This document shows positions 16,150-18,742 of a DNA stretch of 18,742 nucleotides, one piece after another. Position numbers and translations under genes: made by a program. Position 1 is the stretch's first letter, and the number at the start of each line of letters is the position of its first letter. The DNA comes from Methanobacterium sp. (GTDB lineage Archaea; Methanobacteriota; Methanobacteria; Methanobacteriales; Methanobacteriaceae). The stretch lies in assembly GCA_003166335.1 (NCBI GenBank), contig PMWA01000075.1, positions 1 through 18,742 on the forward strand. The letters run 5' to 3'. The notes under the pieces are model-generated. The model saw nothing but the letters and a program-made list of their open reading frames with translations, ran no database searches and was not told where the DNA came from.

Positions 16150-17427
16150 CTATACTCCTTCTATCCATTGAATTATGAAGTTTATCACATCTTCATCTAC
16201 ATGACCCTCAATAGTGTACTCCTTAGGAGTTGATTTACCCTCACCCGCAATAAACAAATGATTCAAATTCGGGAAAATTTTGAAAGATGCATTTTCATTC
16301 TTATTAAGAGCAGTTTTCCAACCTTCAAAGTCTTTCATGGATAAAACCTGATAATCACGCTCACCCTGAAGAACTAATATGGGCATATTTAAAGTTTTCA
16401 CTGCATCTGAAGATTTATTTTTATTTAAATCTTGCCAGTAAGCTAATGGAACCCCTAAAGGCAAGTCCTGCGGTGAAATATTATCTGAAATTTCAGATTC
16501 CTTCACCCGATCCACTTTAACCTTCAAATTTTCAAGATCCGCCTTCTGTTGTTCAGTCATCTTGCCCTCCAAATTGTAGAGGTAAGTAAATTGATCTAAA
16601 ATAGTATCTTCCAATGGACGAGTAATCCCAGCCATGATGATTAATCCCGCTAAATCATGATCCTGACCGGCTATACGGGGTGCAACAGTTGCACCCAGAC
16701 TGTGACCCAACAAAAAGACGCGTTTGGGATTTATACCCTCAGTTTGACGCATTAATTTAATTGAAAGCAGTGCATCATCAATAACCTCCCCCTTAACCGT
16801 CATCTCCGCCACCTGATCAGGAGTAAACTTTTTAGCATATATTAATGTCCTCTTATCATACCTTAGTACGGCTACTCCTTGTGAAGCTAAACCCCATGCC
16901 AGATCACGGAATATTTTGTTAGGACCAATAGTTTCATCCCTATCATTGGGCCCAGACCCATGAACCAACACCACCCCAGGAGAAGACCTAGAAACATTAG
17001 GCAACGTCATTGTACCCGGTAACATCCATTCACCCTCACCCACAGTAACATCAACTTCATGAAAGCTGGATTTTTTAACATATGCTGGTGGATTATAGGC
17101 AATTTGAACGGGGTTAATGTTTAATCCGCTGATCTGACCTTGATCATTGAAAACGAATTGTATATCAATAACAAGCCGTTGAAATTCGATTTTGATAACC
17201 ACAATCTTATAACTCTCCATTTCTGCTGTGCGAATTAGAGTTAGATGCAGTAAACTTCCGGCATCACTGACCAAACCTTCCCATGATTCCTTCAATTTGT
17301 TTATTCCAAAAACAGTTTTCATCTGATCATCAAATTGACTAATAGCACCTTTATAATCTGCCCGTAATATTCGATTAATAAATATACGAGCCTTTAAATT
17401 TAAATCTTCAAAAGATTCTCCACTCAT
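16150..17427 (-). CDS. DUF3887-domain alpha/beta hydrolase (EstD-like esterase / S9-like peptidase fold)
   Basis: N-terminal DUF3887-like domain (FDDQMK..LKESW..FNDQGQISGL), VVLVHGSGPNDRDE, VLRYDKR, GHSLG nucleophile, QGERDYQV acid and NHLF His. GGGAGG RBS. Confidence 0.9.
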   Translation of the reverse strand: MSGESFEDLNLKARIFINRILRADYKGAISQFDDQMKTVFGINKLKESWEGLVSDAGSLLHLTLIRTAEMESYKIVVIKIEFQRLVIDIQFVFNDQGQISGLNINPVQIAYNPPAYVKKSSFHEVDVTVGEGEWMLPGTMTLPNVSRSSPGVVLVHGSGPNDRDETIGPNKIFRDLAWGLASQGVAVLRYDKRTLIYAKKFTPDQVAEMTVKGEVIDDALLSIKLMRQTEGINPKRVFLLGHSLGATVAPRIAGQDHDLAGLIIMAGITRPLEDTILDQFTYLYNLEGKMTEQQKADLENLKVKVDRVKESEISDNISPQDLPLGVPLAYWQDLNKNKSSDAVKTLNMPILVLQGERDYQVLSMKDFEGWKTALNKNENASFKIFPNLNHLFIAGEGKSTPKEYTIEGHVDEDVINFIIQWIEGV

Positions 17428-17443
17428 ATTCTACCTCCCAACT

Positions 17444-17690
17444 TTACTATTAACTAACCGGATAAATAGGTAAGTATAAATAAAAACCCATTTTTTTGTC
17501 TATAAAACCATAATAATCTAAGAGCTTTCTTTGGACTCATATTAAATAATTTCAGTAATCTTTAATAGGGATTTTTATAAAACCTTTAATCAATTTACTG
17601 ATGCTAAAAGTTATATCTAATTATTACTATTAACTATTGTCTTTAAACATTTATTATCCTTAAAAAAAAAGACGTTAAAATAGTTAATAG
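17444..17690. repeat. Three copies of CTATTAACTA (two direct, one inverted) upstream of the esterase
   Basis: ttactattaacta at 17444-17456 and 17624-17636. aatagttaatag at 17679-17690 is the exact reverse complement of 17627-17638. Confidence 0.55.
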
Positions 17691-17812
17691 GTTATCATAA
17701 AAAATATTTGAAATTATCATATTATTCATGCAAAAAATATGTTAAATCAAAATTTTCTCTTAAAAAATATGTTTAAAAAAACTTTTTTAAGTCGCTGATA
17801 AATTTTTACACT

Positions 17813-18568
17813 TTAAATATAATTAATGTCAGTTATAATGGAAACTGCACCTAAATAATCATTACTTGAATTAAATAAGGTATTTGTTGAAGCAACTGCA
17901 CATAGTATGCTTCCTTCTTTATTTATAAATTGTAATTCCTGTGTATCTCTTGATATATTCCTAATTTTTTTCATGTGATCATTAAAGATTTTACGTCCTT
18001 TCCTATCCATAAAATCGAATATTAATCTATTAATCATTTCATTAACCTTATAACCCAACATTTCAGCCATATGCTGGTTAACATAATTTAATTCATTATA
18101 TGGATTAATTCTAAACACACCGGATCGGTTATTCTTCACTATGATTCTATATCTTTCTTCACTTTCCTCTAATTCCTCTACTAAGCGTTTATGTTCGATA
18201 GCATAGTGTATGGAGCGATCAAGTAATATACTATCCAGATAAGATTTAATTAGGTAATCTTCAGCACCTTCACCCAATGCATTGATGGCTAATTCTTTAT
18301 CAGATAAACCGGTGAGTAATATTATAGGAACTGCCGATGCAACATTTTGGATGCAATTAAATGATTCAATCCACAGACTATCAGACAAATCTAGATCCAG
18401 GAGTACTATATCGAAATCATCCTTAGATAAATGCTTCAAACCATCATTTAATAATTTAACATGATCCACCTTAAATAAAGTTACTTCAATTTCTTTAAGC
18501 ATTTTACGAATAATCAGCGCATCATCCGAATTACCTTCGATTAATAAAACTTTAATAAGTTTCTTCAT
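17813..18568 (-). CDS. Response regulator receiver + PAS domain protein with no output or kinase domain
   Basis: REC (KVLLIEGN, DIVLLDLDL, IILLTG, GAEDYLIK), linker LEESEERYR, and PAS/PAC (YVNQHMAEMLGY..GAVSIITDI). The ORF stops three residues after the PAC motif TDI. Confidence 0.88.
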   Translation of the reverse strand: MKKLIKVLLIEGNSDDALIIRKMLKEIEVTLFKVDHVKLLNDGLKHLSKDDFDIVLLDLDLSDSLWIESFNCIQNVASAVPIILLTGLSDKELAINALGEGAEDYLIKSYLDSILLDRSIHYAIEHKRLVEELEESEERYRIIVKNNRSGVFRINPYNELNYVNQHMAEMLGYKVNEMINRLIFDFMDRKGRKIFNDHMKKIRNISRDTQELQFINKEGSILCAVASTNTLFNSSNDYLGAVSIITDINYI

Positions 18569-18742
18569 AAAAAAATCTCAGTTTAAATATTCTCAAACCA
18601 TAAAATCATTTGACATATTTCCAAATCAAAATATTTATAAAATTAATAGATAATTCATTCATTAAATTTTTTTCTAAATACATCAAACTTACTCCTAAAT
18701 CCTCAAAAATAAACTACTATTATAAAACAAGACAAAAAAATC

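Noticed and set aside
18282..18464. 60-aa plus-strand ORF
   Set aside because: Antisense to the REC-PAS gene.
1..18742. tRNA/rRNA genes, IS elements, integrases, prophage genes
   Set aside because: No GC-rich cloverleaf or rRNA-like segment, and no transposase, integrase or virion motifs in any ORF.

Overview
AT-rich archaeal DNA, most likely from a Methanobacteriales methanogen (Methanobacterium-like). The basis is a pseudomurein-binding-repeat protein, REC-PAS(-HisKA_2) signalling proteins and GGAGG/GGTGA-type ribosome-binding sites. From left to right the window holds: a truncated AbrB/MazE-type regulator with a 9-bp-phased operator-like array; a two-gene nuclease operon (RNase J-like beta-CASP metallo-beta-lactamase plus YhaM/Cbf1 OB-HD exonuclease); a small hypothetical protein; a secreted pseudomurein-binding-repeat protein with an uncharacterised acidic C-terminal domain; and a 1602-aa DUF4011-SF1 helicase-Vsr/MTES_1575-type nuclease-DUF3320 protein (Hhe anti-viral architecture). 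The helicase is convergent with a Nmad3 (nucleotide-modification-associated) gene, which is followed by an unannotated 35-codon ORF with a strong RBS. The right part holds an alpha/beta hydrolase, a SOUL heme-binding pseudogene, a flavodoxin/split-barrel fusion, a frameshifted small gene, a histidine kinase with a degenerate receiver, a DUF3887 esterase and a REC-PAS protein. The best candidate for an undescribed system is the Hhe-like helicase-nuclease / Nmad3 / micro-ORF locus; the RNase J-like + YhaM pair is second. I saw no rRNA, tRNA, CRISPR array or transposase. All family calls come from motif recognition by eye, not from database searches.
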